A stretch of 62,448 bases of DNA, the filler included, from Choristocarpus tenellus KU-1152 (Eukaryota; Protista; Phaeophyceae), in assembly GCA_964200185.2 (NCBI GenBank). It is 10 parts of 10 records of this genome, joined end to end, with 100 filler letters (N's around TTAATTAATTAA, not from the genome) between each part and the next. Parts side by side here need not be neighbours in the genome. Positions count along the whole stretch, not along the records: positions 36,808 to 45,760 come from CAXNAD020004168.1; positions 45,861 to 49,218 come from CAXNAD020020556.1; positions 49,319 to 55,537 come from CAXNAD020008654.1; 7 more parts are not named here. The stretch is one strand, 5' to 3'. The notes under the pieces are model-generated. The model saw only the letters and a program-made list of their open reading frames with translations, made no database searches and had not been told where the DNA came from. The translations under genes and the position numbers were made by a program. Below, one piece after another: positions 39,056 through 51,664 of this stretch. Each line of letters starts with the position of its first letter. Positions within the stretch are counted from its first letter, which is position 1.

Positions 39056-40281
39056 ATTTCAATGTTCAGATTGAAGCAAACTCTTGAAGTGCAAGATCAA
39101 TTAGGAGTTCAGAAGTGGGAGTGGGATGCTAAACCAGTGCTTACTTACTTCCACGAACAACCATTCCTCCCTAGGAGTCTACTCAGCACGACTCCTCCAC
39201 CACTCTTTTCTGGTTTGGCTACCTAGGGAGCGAGAAAATGCCCCTTGCTATGGGCTTGTTCACAATAGGAGTCCTTATGGGAGCGAGGTTGATGTGAAGA
39301 AAATATGGCCATGACTTTGTACTTTGTAGTATGATGAATTTAGATCCCCCTTACAAAGAAAATATGTGCCTTAGACCAACGCCTATCTACTTGAAATGCG
39401 TAACCTTTTTTGCAAAGACGGTCCAAGCCACTAATAAAGGGAGGCCATTCGAGGGGATCAATTGGACATTAGGGCCAACCTATTTTCCCATCCCACATGG
39501 AAACCATAGAACCACCAAAATATATATACTTCAGTACTTTCTCACTGTTGTGCTGTACAGCCATGCACTTCATGTGAGTGTGGAACATCGCTATGGGATG
39601 CTCTCACTCTTTGTCTATCATATTTTACCTATTACTACTATAACGTATGTACTGAGAACTTGGAATGGAGCTCTACATCACCAATCCAACAACGTTCGGT
39701 TGCACTGTTCACAATGGCCTTGGAACCCGCACTGCAACCTTACCCTCTTTCCTCCCAGTGCACCCACTGCAACGTGTTCGTGGATAACTGGGAAATGCCA
39801 GTCATCTAGCGCTGCAAGAAGGGAAGGAAAAGCATCTCTTCAGCAGTGATACGGTCTTCTTGACTGGCCACAAGCGTCTGCAAAAGGAATTTATCGGTAA
39901 GGTGTAGAAGGGTGAAAAAGAGAGGAAAAATCACTACTGGTGGGTGTGAATGAAAAGGTCAGACACTAGAGAGGAAATCATTGAGATATACAAATGTGAT
40001 GTTGAAGAGGGGAAGTGATGTTTGTAGCCCACAGGAAGACGTCATCCATCAATGGAAGTAGACGAAAGAACTACATACTCCGAGGAAGAGACATTTCACA
40101 GTACCGTATCCACCCTGGGATGAAACAACTGGAGGTCTTCGCAAGGGCATACACATGCAATGCAAGGAATGGTTGGCTCTTTCCATGAGGATCTAGAAGT
40201 CATGGAACCAAAGCCAATTGCTTTCCAAGAACCCTTGCCCCTTAAATGATTCATATGGCACAGCTTGATTTTTCCATTGTG

Positions 40282-40421
40282 TAGACATTCATATGTCCAA
40301 CATCATCACCTTGGGTTATATGACATACTGTCCGGCAGAACATAAAGCCTCTAGGCATTCATATGTCCAACACCATCACCTTGGGTTATATGACATACTG
40401 TCCGGCAGAACATAAAGCCCT
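40282..40421. repeat. 70-bp tandem duplication
   Basis: cattcatatgtccaaca(t/c)catcaccttgggttatatgacatactgtccggcagaacataaagcc occurs twice head-to-tail. Confidence 0.9.
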
Positions 40422-41571
40422 ACCTGAACACGGAAGAGGTGCAGTAGCTCTCTCTGCAAAAGGATAGAGAGTGAATGTGTCAGTCTTAATTATCAACACA
40501 GCTTGCTTGGCATGTCATTGCATAAGAGCATTTATCATCTAAAAGGTAATGGACTGTTGACTTGAAAGTCTACCGGGACATACAGTTAGCATATGCCTTA
40601 CTTGGTGTAGCAGTATTCAGGTGATTCACTAGAATTGGATAGGATTCAGAGGAATCCTCAAACAAACTCTCATTACTTGTGCGAGTATTTTACAGGGACT
40701 CCACCACATTGCAGTGTCGATCCTGACACAAGTCACATACTATGCAGATGAGAAAGTGGCTATTGCATGCTAATATATGCTACTTCAAAGTACAAAATGT
40801 ATTTCAGAGGAATATTTTGACAAAGTACAAAGCACAAAGTCTTCTGCATTGATTACAGATAGTCTTCTACACGCTAAATGGTATATGGCAGGATACTGGG
40901 CAATATGTACCATTCATCCACAAGGGCAATGGGAAATAGCAGCAGAACTATTCCATGATCTAATGATCTCAAAAACCTGTAGGAAATCCTGCCTGGAGAA
41001 CCGTCAAAGTGGATGACAAAAACAGCACATGCTCGTCAAAAGTTGAAATCAGGGTGTACAGAAATCAACTAACCGTATGGCGACAGCACCAGAAGGCTCA
41101 GCCTATCAGGACCCTGATTGTAATGCATCCAGGCATACGGGCAAATGCCACAAGTCACCAAATCACACACACTTCAGCAACTACCAAGGGGGCATTAGGT
41201 GGCACCTGCGCCCAGAATATATACTTGTGTCTGATTGCCACTGGTTGCATGTAAACCTTCTATGTGGTACATCTCAACTTGAGTGAAGAAGAAACACAAC
41301 ACGCAACCACTACACCAGAGCTGAAGGGGTAGGAGAACGCACTTCAGTTTTGTGCACTGATGGTTCAATTCTGGGACTTGTCAACCGGCTGATGGGTTGG
41401 CAAGTACAAAGAAAATGCTTCTTCTCCTTGCTATAATCTCGCCTATCTCAGAATGATGTGGGTCAACTCGATGGAAGGGACTATCCTCCAATAGTTGACC
41501 CTTCATCATCACCCGAAGCAAAATAAAATGTTACTCTCTCTCTCTGGAGTTCTATAGTTCATTGTATGAAT

Positions 41572-41817
41572 GAGTGAAAGTACCTTAGAGGGTACGAATT
41601 TTGCCCTGTTTGTCCATTTGGGGCTGTTGTTTTATGACATTTTCCTACCCCAAAATGTTTAGGAGTAGGTAAAGTGTACATGTTGTGAAAAGGTGTGTCC
41701 GGAACATGGATGTTGACACTTCCTAACAAGCACGATAGCCAAAATTACATCAAAATCGCAACATTGGATTTTGGCCCCCAAATGGACGCGGCCCTACCCT
41801 CTAAGATATTTTGGCTT
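41572..41817 (+). mobile_element. MITE family A copy
   Basis: gagtgaaagtaccttagagggtacg ... taccctctaagatattttggct. Confidence 0.9.
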
Positions 41818-44800
41818 GCTTGTATTTACAAGCATGGATGGATGAAAAGAACTGACACAAGTTTCACAAGAGCAATGATTTGTACTATTGCATTGTCAAG
41901 AAGACCTTTGTTGGGTGTGTGGCACCCTTGCACCCGAAGACATGCTATACATTGATAAACTGCAAGGCGATGGCCTCATTGGTCACAGAAAGGAAACTGC
42001 ATCCACCATGACTCTTCAAGGCAACTCTTACCCCAGTGTACTCTCCCCATTGGACGAACAAGGCACATCTCTAGTGTCGCATGGCCCATTTGACTGCTCC
42101 CCACAGTCAGAAGATAAGGCCAAACTATCTCCAGTCCCTTGGCTTACAGTTGTGGCTCCCTCGCTTGTACACCCACTGAGGGAAGGAATTGCCACACCTG
42201 TGTCATTTGCCTCATCGAGCTGCCTACCATATTCAGGGAATATGGGCAGGGATTACCCACCCACCGGTGTGACCAGTGTGCTCAGGGTAACTCCCAGAGC
42301 CCAGATGTCGACAGGTGTCCCACATGCAATCTCGGACTCTTTGAGTCAAGCACACGAGATACCTGTATTATTTTATTGTTATCGAAAATATCAGGCAAGG
42401 ATGGGTCCATTCTGTAGAAGGATTCATCATGCTGCAATGCCAATGGTTCGTACTATGATATCCCCTTCAATATAGATTCACTCTGTACCAGAAGTAGTTA
42501 GTGATGAAGTACTATGTTGGAAGTTGTAATCGCTTGCTACACAACCCAAAGCAGTAAAGGACGGTGCAACACTACTCCACACCCTCCTCCACTACTGAAT
42601 ATTGAGAGGCACAAATATGAAACTTTGTTTTTCTTTCATAAATATTCTAGGTGGCGTAAGGCGGTATGGTTTTGTTGTTTGGGAAGACAAACATGTATGT
42701 GCGCCATATATGAATAATTGTGCAATATTGTGACTAACTGGCGGAGATATGGTCCTTTCTCACCATAATCATATGTGCTTCACTCCTGCATGCAAACAAC
42801 TATTCCTCAACCTATTGTGGCGGAGAGTGGTGTTGAATTTGAGAATGAAGTGCTTGTGGAGCATTCCTTGGTGTAAAAAGAGGTGTTTTTGAATTTTTGC
42901 AAAGGCCAGGATATTGAATATGGTTCTGTCAAATATGCTCTTGCAAGGTTGGAGGTGTAGCAAACAACTTGCACATTGTGTAGAAGATTCGAAAAGAAGA
43001 TCAGGCCAAGCCCCACGAGAGTCAGGAGAACATGAGATGCGGAACAAGATCAACCATGACCCCCTGGTCATTTCCTCCCAAAAATACAAAGTGTTGCCTT
43101 CGACAAATGGCGGGCAATGGCGTATCACAACTACTTGCTCAATACTAGCATGCTTGTTTGACCACCCGGGGCTGGTACCGAGATTTGTAGCTGGTAGAAG
43201 GAATGGCACAACTCTGTGGGATTCTCAATTTCCACAGGGATACATACTTCATACCATGTTACGACTATCCGAGCGAAGGTCCTTGAGTAAGTAAGTAAAG
43301 GATCTTCTGTCGAATCTCACCATGCTGTGCATGAGTTCAGGTGCACGGTGCTCCTCGGTTCAGCGGTCTGGCTCCCTGGAGCCAACCTTAGGATCTATGA
43401 CCATGACCTGACCAAAGTCAGTGAGTTTGCCAGCTAGCACCACCACAGGTGCAAAAGAGGACAAGTTGGAAATGGAATGGTCGGATCATGGAGGAGCATC
43501 GACGAATCTGTTGTGGTCCAAAAGTCGGTGCCTCTCTACAGTACCATGACACGAGGGGACCTTCACTGCTCTAGTCTCCCAGGACTATGAAAATTCATAC
43601 AAAAAATATCACAATATCCTTACCCCTTTGGAACTGATGAGAATATTTCTTCCTTTGACATCGGCATGGACAGCATTCCGTTCATGCAGGTAGACCGGAG
43701 CACTGAGAGCATCATCATCGGCAATCACAGAGGACACAGATTATGGGTCTGATGAGTTATTGCTTCAGGGTATAAAATTGTAAGTGCCCTTCACAAGGAG
43801 TAGGGATGTAGATTTTGTCAGTCCAAAGTGTGAGGGAAACAACTTGAAAGAGAGAACTCAATGAAATTGCAATAGTGAGTAGCCTGGTTTGTTGTTTCTA
43901 CGTTGAATGCTTGAAAACGCTCAAGTCCTGTCTTCCAGTTTTATGGAGATAAGTGGTTCGTCAGGAATAGTGGCAAATGTATGTAGTAGTCCCACACGCT
44001 GCATCTGTTTCTATATTACCCCTACATCGAAGTGAAATAGTTGTGTAGTACAACAAGAACATACCTGGTGAGCCCTTTTGCAATTTTGTCAATAGCAACT
44101 CCCGGCACATGGCCTCCATTGCTGACAAGAAAAGAGTGGTTGGTTAGAGTGGTTGTTACATCAGTGTAGTGAAATAGGTTGGATGAGATCGTCAAGTGTT
44201 GGGTGACCCTTTGAAGGTTAAGAGAAAACAAATATGGAAGTGTACGAAACATGTTTGGTAAATCAATCACCCTGCACTCCTCCCAGATTGACTCAAACAG
44301 AGCAATTGCCAGCCAGGTTCTTCATTGCTACGTTTTCGGTCTTTGGTCATTCTACCTGCAGGCATTGACTTGAGAAATACGTAAGCCACAGACCTGGTGG
44401 AACAGCTTGTAGATAAACATGGCACACACTGACTCAATCACATGGTATAATACAGTTTACGGACTGTGTGAGATGCATACAACATATTCACCGTTCAAAA
44501 TATAGTAGTACCTATTTGCATTTGAGAATGTTATGCAGCTAACTCAAGTACCTGTGGTGGTAAGAGAAAGAATTTGGTAGTGTGTGTAAAGATACTGGTT
44601 GTGATGTAAAAACGAAGAGGACACCAAAATCACACTACTGGGTGGGATGGGGTGGGGATTGAATCAACCAAGCTGATTAGTTGCCTTGAGCAATACTGTG
44701 ATGCATCGACAATAGTAAAACTAGCTAACAACTCTCAGGTCAGGTGCAACAGAAAAGAGGTTGCAATTCCCTCTTCAGTAGTCCATCTTCCAATCTAAGG

Positions 44801-45149
44801 CCAAAATATGACCAAAGTGTATTTTGCACATCTCACATTTCAATTGAGGGGCAATGATTGTGCTTTGATCTTGCACTGACATTTTTGCTAGGACTCAACC
44901 TCTATTGAATGGAAGGTCCTAAGACCGAGTACCTCTGGTTGGGCTAGTTAAATTGATGGAGATGACAGACTCCGCAGTGCCAGCTGGGCATGATTGTCAA
45001 GCCAGGGAAAGGCTAAGGGGGGAAATCCTCCTACAGGGGCATTTGAAGGTGCAGGGTCGATTTATCAGTCTTTTCAAGATCTCTGAAATACGACCCCCAA
45101 ATTCTGGTACATGAGCAGAAGTTCCAGTGTTCCTGATCCCGAGGACTGA

Positions 45150-45465
45150 ATCATACCTGTGTGCCAGGCTCTTTACAAAGTTCAATGCGTTCCCCCCTGA
45201 CATGTACTCCAGCACCAGGGAATTTGGGCAATCCCTACAAATGCTAAATGTCGCGATAATGGAAGGGTGGTTCATCTTCGGCAGAAGGTGCTACCACCAA
45301 ATGTTTTGCCATCAAATACAATTGACTGCAGCATTTCCCCTCCCTCCCTTCAACCTCCCCCCCACCCGCCTGGATTATCCAAAAACCTTAACTCCTTGAC
45401 CTCCTTCTGCTGCAGTCTAATGGCCTCCATAGCAGCAGTGATCTTCATGAGATGTGCTTGCTGTG
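45150..45465 (-). pseudogene. Protein kinase fragment (subdomains III-V), probably part of a decayed or truncated gene
   Basis: A putative exon ...LQQKEVKELR splices to MNHPSIIATFSIC...LVLEYMSGG (HPNII and LVxEYxxGG kinase motifs). No downstream HRD or DFG exon found. Confidence 0.5.
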
Positions 45466-45556
45466 TGGCAAGAGATGTGAAGGTGAGGGTGTAATACATA
45501 CAATGTGGATAGGCAGAAACTCTAAGGGTTGCAAGGGCAATGGAGAGGGAGTTAGG

Positions 45557-45720
45557 GGCTCAAGGTATCCGGGGTGTGTGGTGGCTGTCCATTCGAGGCC
45601 CATTTTTCCATGTCGCGATTTTTGTGTGATTTGGTTGCATGTGTCAGATGGATAATGTAAGTGCACCTTTCCTGGTCAGGATCCAAATGGACACCCTGGT
45701 GTAGACACCCCCCCCCCCCT
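45557..45720 (+). mobile_element. MITE family B copy
   Basis: ggctcaaggtatccggggtgtgtggtggctgtccattcgagg...aaatggacaccctggtgtagacaccccc. Confidence 0.8.
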
Positions 45721-48700
45721 GAAGGCACGTTTAGCCCGGCGGGCCTGCAATACCATGGCCNNNNNNNNNNNNNNNNNNNNNNNNNNNNNNNNNNNNNNNN
45801 NNNNTTAATTAATTAANNNNNNNNNNNNNNNNNNNNNNNNNNNNNNNNNNNNNNNNNNNNACAACAAAAAAGTGAAAATCGAAAAAAGGGTGAAAAACGG
45901 ACGCCGACACCCTCCCCCCAGATAATTTGACTTATTTTTGCGCACATGTTTTTGAAGTATATTATTCTCCATTCTTGGTCAAAACAAAATATTCAGAAAT
46001 TGAAGATATACAGATGACATGATGGAAAAATAGGAGACAAAGCACAGATGATGGGAATCTATTGATAGATTTGAGAAATACAACTCTACGTCTTAAGGAA
46101 AATCAAACGAAATATCTTTAGTCTTCTGAAACATCTTCTGAATCAATCAACTAATCAAGAACAAACAGCGTCCACATTGGTTCCTCACCTTAAATTGCTA
46201 ATTCTACAAAGTTATTTTGGATTAGAATGACCTCTGATCATACATAGAATCAAAGTAAAAAAATATCTGTGTAGAACGGATAGAACAACTTCTTCAGTTC
46301 GTCAGTTTCGTTTTAGGTAAGAACTACTCCATTCTAACTCTTCTATAACTGGATCTCTAAGTTTATCCCTCTAACAAGCTTGACTTAGTTCTGACCCTGA
46401 CCACATTTGAAGAGGACAGTGCGTGAATCTGGTACACTCCACAATCATATTAGGTGGGTGTGGGGACGTGAAGGTAAAAAACATCGGAAAGTGTACCTTT
46501 GCAATACACCCTATACTACCCAAAGAAGATGGTAAGATAAACCGTGAACGCCGACCGAACTTGTCTCTTTCTCTTGTGCAACTACTGTATGGAATGGATG
46601 AATGTTAGAAAGGACCCCAAACCGAAAATATAGAGTTGCTAGGTAGCAGCTTTGCGTGCCCTCAACGAGCACAAAATCGACTCATTGTCCTCATTGGCGC
46701 TTCAAATGAGATAGTGCAGACTTGAAAAGATAATGGATTAGGCGAGTTTTGGTGCAACGAGATTAGGTGGGAATGTATCATTAAGTGCACGATTACCTCC
46801 TATGCCTACCGATCGATATGGATAAATTTAATTGGCTGGAGGGACATAACTCGCCAGTTCAATGGTGCCCATCGCATGATAGCAACATATAGTTCTATTT
46901 CAATCCTTGTTTTTTATTTTTTTAGTTTGTTGGACATGAATATTGTTGTGATGGGTCACTTTCAACACCAGTGACTTCAACTTCTCCGCTCAGCAATCTG
47001 CTATCATCAATCCTCTGCCGGAACAGACATCCATCGCAAGGCAAGGCGAGAGTTCATTGGCGATGAAATTCTCTTGGGAATATGTGCACATCGGGTGCTC
47101 GCAATGTTCATTCTGGGTACACCTGGCAAAGCAGGTCAATTTGGGAGATATGGAATTCCCTCCATAGGGTTAGATCACGTGGGGTTTACCTTCGACAATT
47201 CGGTTATACACAATATAACATTCAGTATCGAGGAGGATGAGCAAGCCACAGGTGAGTACGAAAGAGACAACAGATAGAATCACATAATGGATGAGTTCTG
47301 AACTTGGTGTATGAGGTATCCTACTCTCTCAATAAAGGTTTGGTGCAATAGAAAGGTGTTCAGATGGGGAAGGTGAGCCTTAGGGTCGGATTTGCGCGTT
47401 GACTTCTTGTCCATGGCTTTCCTACTCTCAAGTGCAGCTTTATCTGCATATCGTTATTACGATTATTACCAAGTTGTTGAAGCACTCTACTGTTCATATT
47501 TAATGTTCCAGAGTCATGTTTGTCAATACCGTTGTCATCTCAAGCCTAGATTATCTGGAAGAAACGATAGAAATCATTGTTTTCAGTAGTGTGATGAACA
47601 GAGGGGTTAGCCGCCAAACTCGAGTGGTTACCTGTATAGCGTACAACAAGACTATAAAAAACTCCCTGTTTCTGGCTGCCTCCACTCTACGTTGAAACTG
47701 CAAGTGTCTAAGATCAAACTTGGGAGGCTGGACTGCGACACACTTATTATGGCAGAAGATGCCCTGCTGCTACAGTTTGCCATTAGCAGGACAGAGGTCA
47801 TATAATAAAGGGGATTTTAGCGTCCTCTAGGACTGTTTGGATATGTTGACCCTATAAAAGGCAGCTTTGCCCAGAATACCTACGTTGGTTGGTGGTTTGA
47901 TGTGTGCAAAATAGGACAATACTGAGGTGTGCCCTATTTTTTCCATGTGAAATTATTGCGTTGGATTGAGTTCATGTGATGTAACTAATGAGATAGTGCA
48001 CATCTGGATTTTGTATGGACTTTGGTATTGCAATTGAACTACCAGTACATGGCCGTTGACTTAAATATGAGACACAAACAATAGTTAAGAAACAAGCAGT
48101 AGAAGACACCCCACAAGGTTACTCTTCTAACTTCATCCACCCATTCTTTTTACATTCTGCAAAGGGGGTCGTGTGAGGCTTCACACCTTCTTGTCTTCAC
48201 TATTGACAAATAGCAATACCCTTCCAAGGAAAATTGCAGAGGTTATTAGCCTTAGTAGTATGGAGACTGATCTGAAGAAACTTGCTGTCTGGACAAGGGC
48301 CACAGGTAGGAAAATTGGAGACCTGGTCCACTTGGTGTGGTACTGTGGTTGGTAGGCCGCGCTGAGGGAAAGGGATTGTATGAGATCACCACGAGGGACT
48401 ACCATATTCCTGAAATCCCCACAATCGCCTCGGGACAGGCAATGCGCATGGCACATGCCACATACACGAAGAAAACAAGGCGTTATGGTTCCTGCTTATC
48501 CAAGCAACAAAGGGGCCAGCATCAGGGACGGTTGCAAGATATGAAAACGAGGGTCAGCCGGACGGCTGAGGGGCACGTTTAGAGTTAGAAAGAGTCTAAG
48601 GAGGATGCACGGAGGATGGGATCCCCGTGCAGCTCATTACATAGGACGTGAGACTTCAAGAACTTTGGTGCGCAGTATCACAGGACAGCACGGATTTTGT

Positions 48701-49617
48701 AATTAAACTCAAGCGACTATTTTCCAACTTTGAGCAACTCAAGAAGTCAAAATAGGAAAACATGAAGAGGGCAGGGCGTCTATATGCCTGGCACCAAGAA
48801 GGTCATGCCATAGCTGTTCGTACACTTAATAACATGCCCTGACATCAGATATGAGGAGCTCAATTGGGCAATCATATCTTCGATGGCTTACCTTCACTCA
48901 GACCAAGATGGGCATGATAGGGTATTGGCAATGCACGGCACTGTGACGAACTGAACTGACATGCTGCAAGGTCCTTGGGACCAGCTGAAAACGGCTCCAA
49001 ACGAAACCAATGTGAACACTGCTTAGAAATGAACCATCAATGACGGAGGGTGCAATTCATACTTGGATGACGAGTCACCTACAGCACGCACGCCTGGGAT
49101 GGCACCAGCTAGAACATTTCTGCCACCTCCACCTGGTGGGAATAATAACCACGGTCATACACTGAACAACATGGTCAACAAGAAGATCAACGTATCTTAG
49201 GGGGGGGGGTGGTTTGTGNNNNNNNNNNNNNNNNNNNNNNNNNNNNNNNNNNNNNNNNNNNNTTAATTAATTAANNNNNNNNNNNNNNNNNNNNNNNNNN
49301 NNNNNNNNNNNNNNNNNNATCCTTGTTTTCCCCCCTACCTACCCCCCCCCTCAGATTCTTTGGGTCACCTAGTCTGACCACAACCAGTAAGTACACTTTC
49401 CAATGTCTATGTGGACAAATGTCAACATTCTAACATGGAACTGAGAAACGACTGAGATAATCTTCCCAGGCACTTTGAACTTGGTAAGCACAGCCAATAG
49501 GAGATCGTGACCAAAGCATTACGTATTTTCCATGAGTCAAAATATTGCATGAACAAAGGGACATTGTTTTTCCCGTTGAGATCCTGGAGGGCATGTAGGG
49601 TGCACATCTTGTCCAAT

Positions 49618-49878
49618 GAGCCAAACAAAGTAGATGAGAGGTACCCAGATTTTTGACGTTTTGCACCATAAGGCAGGTTTTCAAACTTTTGCAATTCACT
49701 CATATTTGTATGGATGAAGTGCTAAGTTTTGCTCGACAGGGTTGATTTCTCTGTTGTTTGAAATTTTTTGACGAAATTCGGATAATATAGTACATTTGTA
49801 TTAAAAAATCGAATTTTGCACATATTTGTTGGCATCCTTAAAACGCAATTCTGGGTACCTCTCATTTATTTTGACTCA
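49618..49878. mobile_element. MITE-like element family C with GAG(C/T)CAAA termini
   Basis: tgagccaaacaaagtagatgagaggtacccagatttttgacgtttt pairs with aaaacgcaattctgggtacctctcatttattttgactca. Confidence 0.7.
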
Positions 49879-49879
49879 A

Positions 49880-50620
49880 AGTCAATCATCAAGGTTAGAA
49901 ACAACATTGTTACCCACGGAGAATGTTTCGCATTCCAGGTAATCTCCCAGCAATTATTTGTGCAACAATCTTGAAAAGCCCCTTGCCACTGTTTGACACC
50001 AACGAGATTCCCCTATAGTCAAATCAAACCATGTGATCCTATTTCTTGTAGAGTACCTTGATGACTGCATCCTTCCAAACCTGTGGCGCATGTTCCTGGT
50101 CCCACATGGTCAGCACAATCTTGCGAGAACCCTGGAGGATAGTTTGGTCCTCGTTGAGTCCAACTTCAAGGATTTCAGCCTTGAGACGATTTGGACTCAT
50201 TGCCTTCCTGTTTTTCATGGCCCAGATTGCTTCACCCGCTTTCAGCAGTGTTAAAAAAAATGCTGGTGAATGAGCGAGTGTCAAGTAAGTGGATCATTGG
50301 TTGAGCGGTTCAGCACTGTTGACGTTGAGGTTTACTAACTTGGCATTCAGGAGCACTTCAAAGTGTTGCCTCCACCATTTCTTCATGGTTCCTTGCTTTA
50401 TTTAAATAACCTATCAGATTTGTCGTAGATGTATCGGGAGACCCTGTGCCTGGTCCTCTCTACCTTGAACCCTTTCAGATGTTGGCAGAAACCAGCATGA
50501 TCCCTATGGTGCATTCAGTTTACTATCTTCATTGTGTAGGTGCCAAGGAGTCCCTGCATGGTGTACACCTTCATACATTTAAGCTGTTTGCCAGTCAATT
50601 TCGACACCTATTTGATGGTG
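49880..50620 (-). mobile_element. Decayed RTE-clade LINE, N-terminal RT region
   Basis: Minus strand gives WRQHFEVLLN, AIWAMKNRKAMSPNRLKAEIL, PQVWKDAVIKVLYKK and YRGISLVSNSGKGLFKIVA. Confidence 0.85.
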
Positions 50621-51664
50621 ACATTTGCGGGTCTCTACACTAATTGCAGCCATACCCATTCCCACTCCTCCCAGACCTTCAAGAAGCTTGCTTGAGCTTG
50701 GTCACTTGCACACCACCCTCCAAGTAATACCTTCTGTGTGTGGGGTGCCAGTACTTCCAAAGTGTCTTCTATGAAATAGGATGTGTATGAAGTTGGAATG
50801 ATTTTGACATCCGTCATCACACCACCTGTTGTGTCTTTGGTTGTCAGTGGTTCTTCTGTTGACAGGATTTTTTCCGTAACCACTCCCACCAATTCAAGGG
50901 TCAAAATAGACATTAGACCTTATCGGTTAGGGAAAACACGTCTCTCGCAAGCCTTCCGATATTTGTTCGATACCGATACGATACGGTGATCCGATTTCGT
51001 TGGAAAGTTCAATTTCAAAGTGTAAACCTCGCCTTGTCTCTTGCCCATTGCTGCAAGCACCACCCCATTCGTGCCATTCGTCGCCACGGTTTGGCCATTT
51101 CACATAGCCAAGTTGATCTCTCTGTTGTTCCAGAATCCCTGTTGCCCTAAGTCAGATTGTGTATGAGGTACGAGATGGTCCCTCCTACTGTCTCTTGCTT
51201 TCTATACTTCCTTCCTCCTTTGCTCTGGCTTACCTGCGTTCACGCCTTACTTTTCGTGCCAAGGGAGAAGCCATCCAGCAGCTCGTCAATAACGGCAACG
51301 TCCCTACCGTTGACAAATCCGGCGGATAGTCGTGTGGAGGCAAGAAAGTTCCGATTTCACGTTTCTATGTACCAGGCGTTGTATGACTGCCAGGTTTCTC
51401 GCCATCCTCCCCCCCAACCCATTCATGTAACCATCCTAAATGATCAGGGATGAATATAGTTCTGAGGAGGAGAGAGGCATGGTCATTTTTATGATTTTAA
51501 TTTATAAAGTCAAAGCAGTCTTGCTGCTTGTGAGGACTTAATTGGTTTGTTGGTGTGAACTTGGATTTTATTTCCACTTCATACTTTCAAAACTAAAATT
51601 CGTGCGCGTGGCGCGCGGTGATAGGTTGTTTCCTTGTATAGGTTGATGAGAAGCACACTATCAC

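Noticed and set aside
45940-49190. Possible LTR-retrotransposon gag remnants
   Set aside because: Fragmentary ORFs with no diagnostic motif or LTR pair that I could confirm.
51157-51453. Signal-peptide-like ORF upstream of the CcmS-like gene
   Set aside because: No recognisable domain and no convincing downstream exon.
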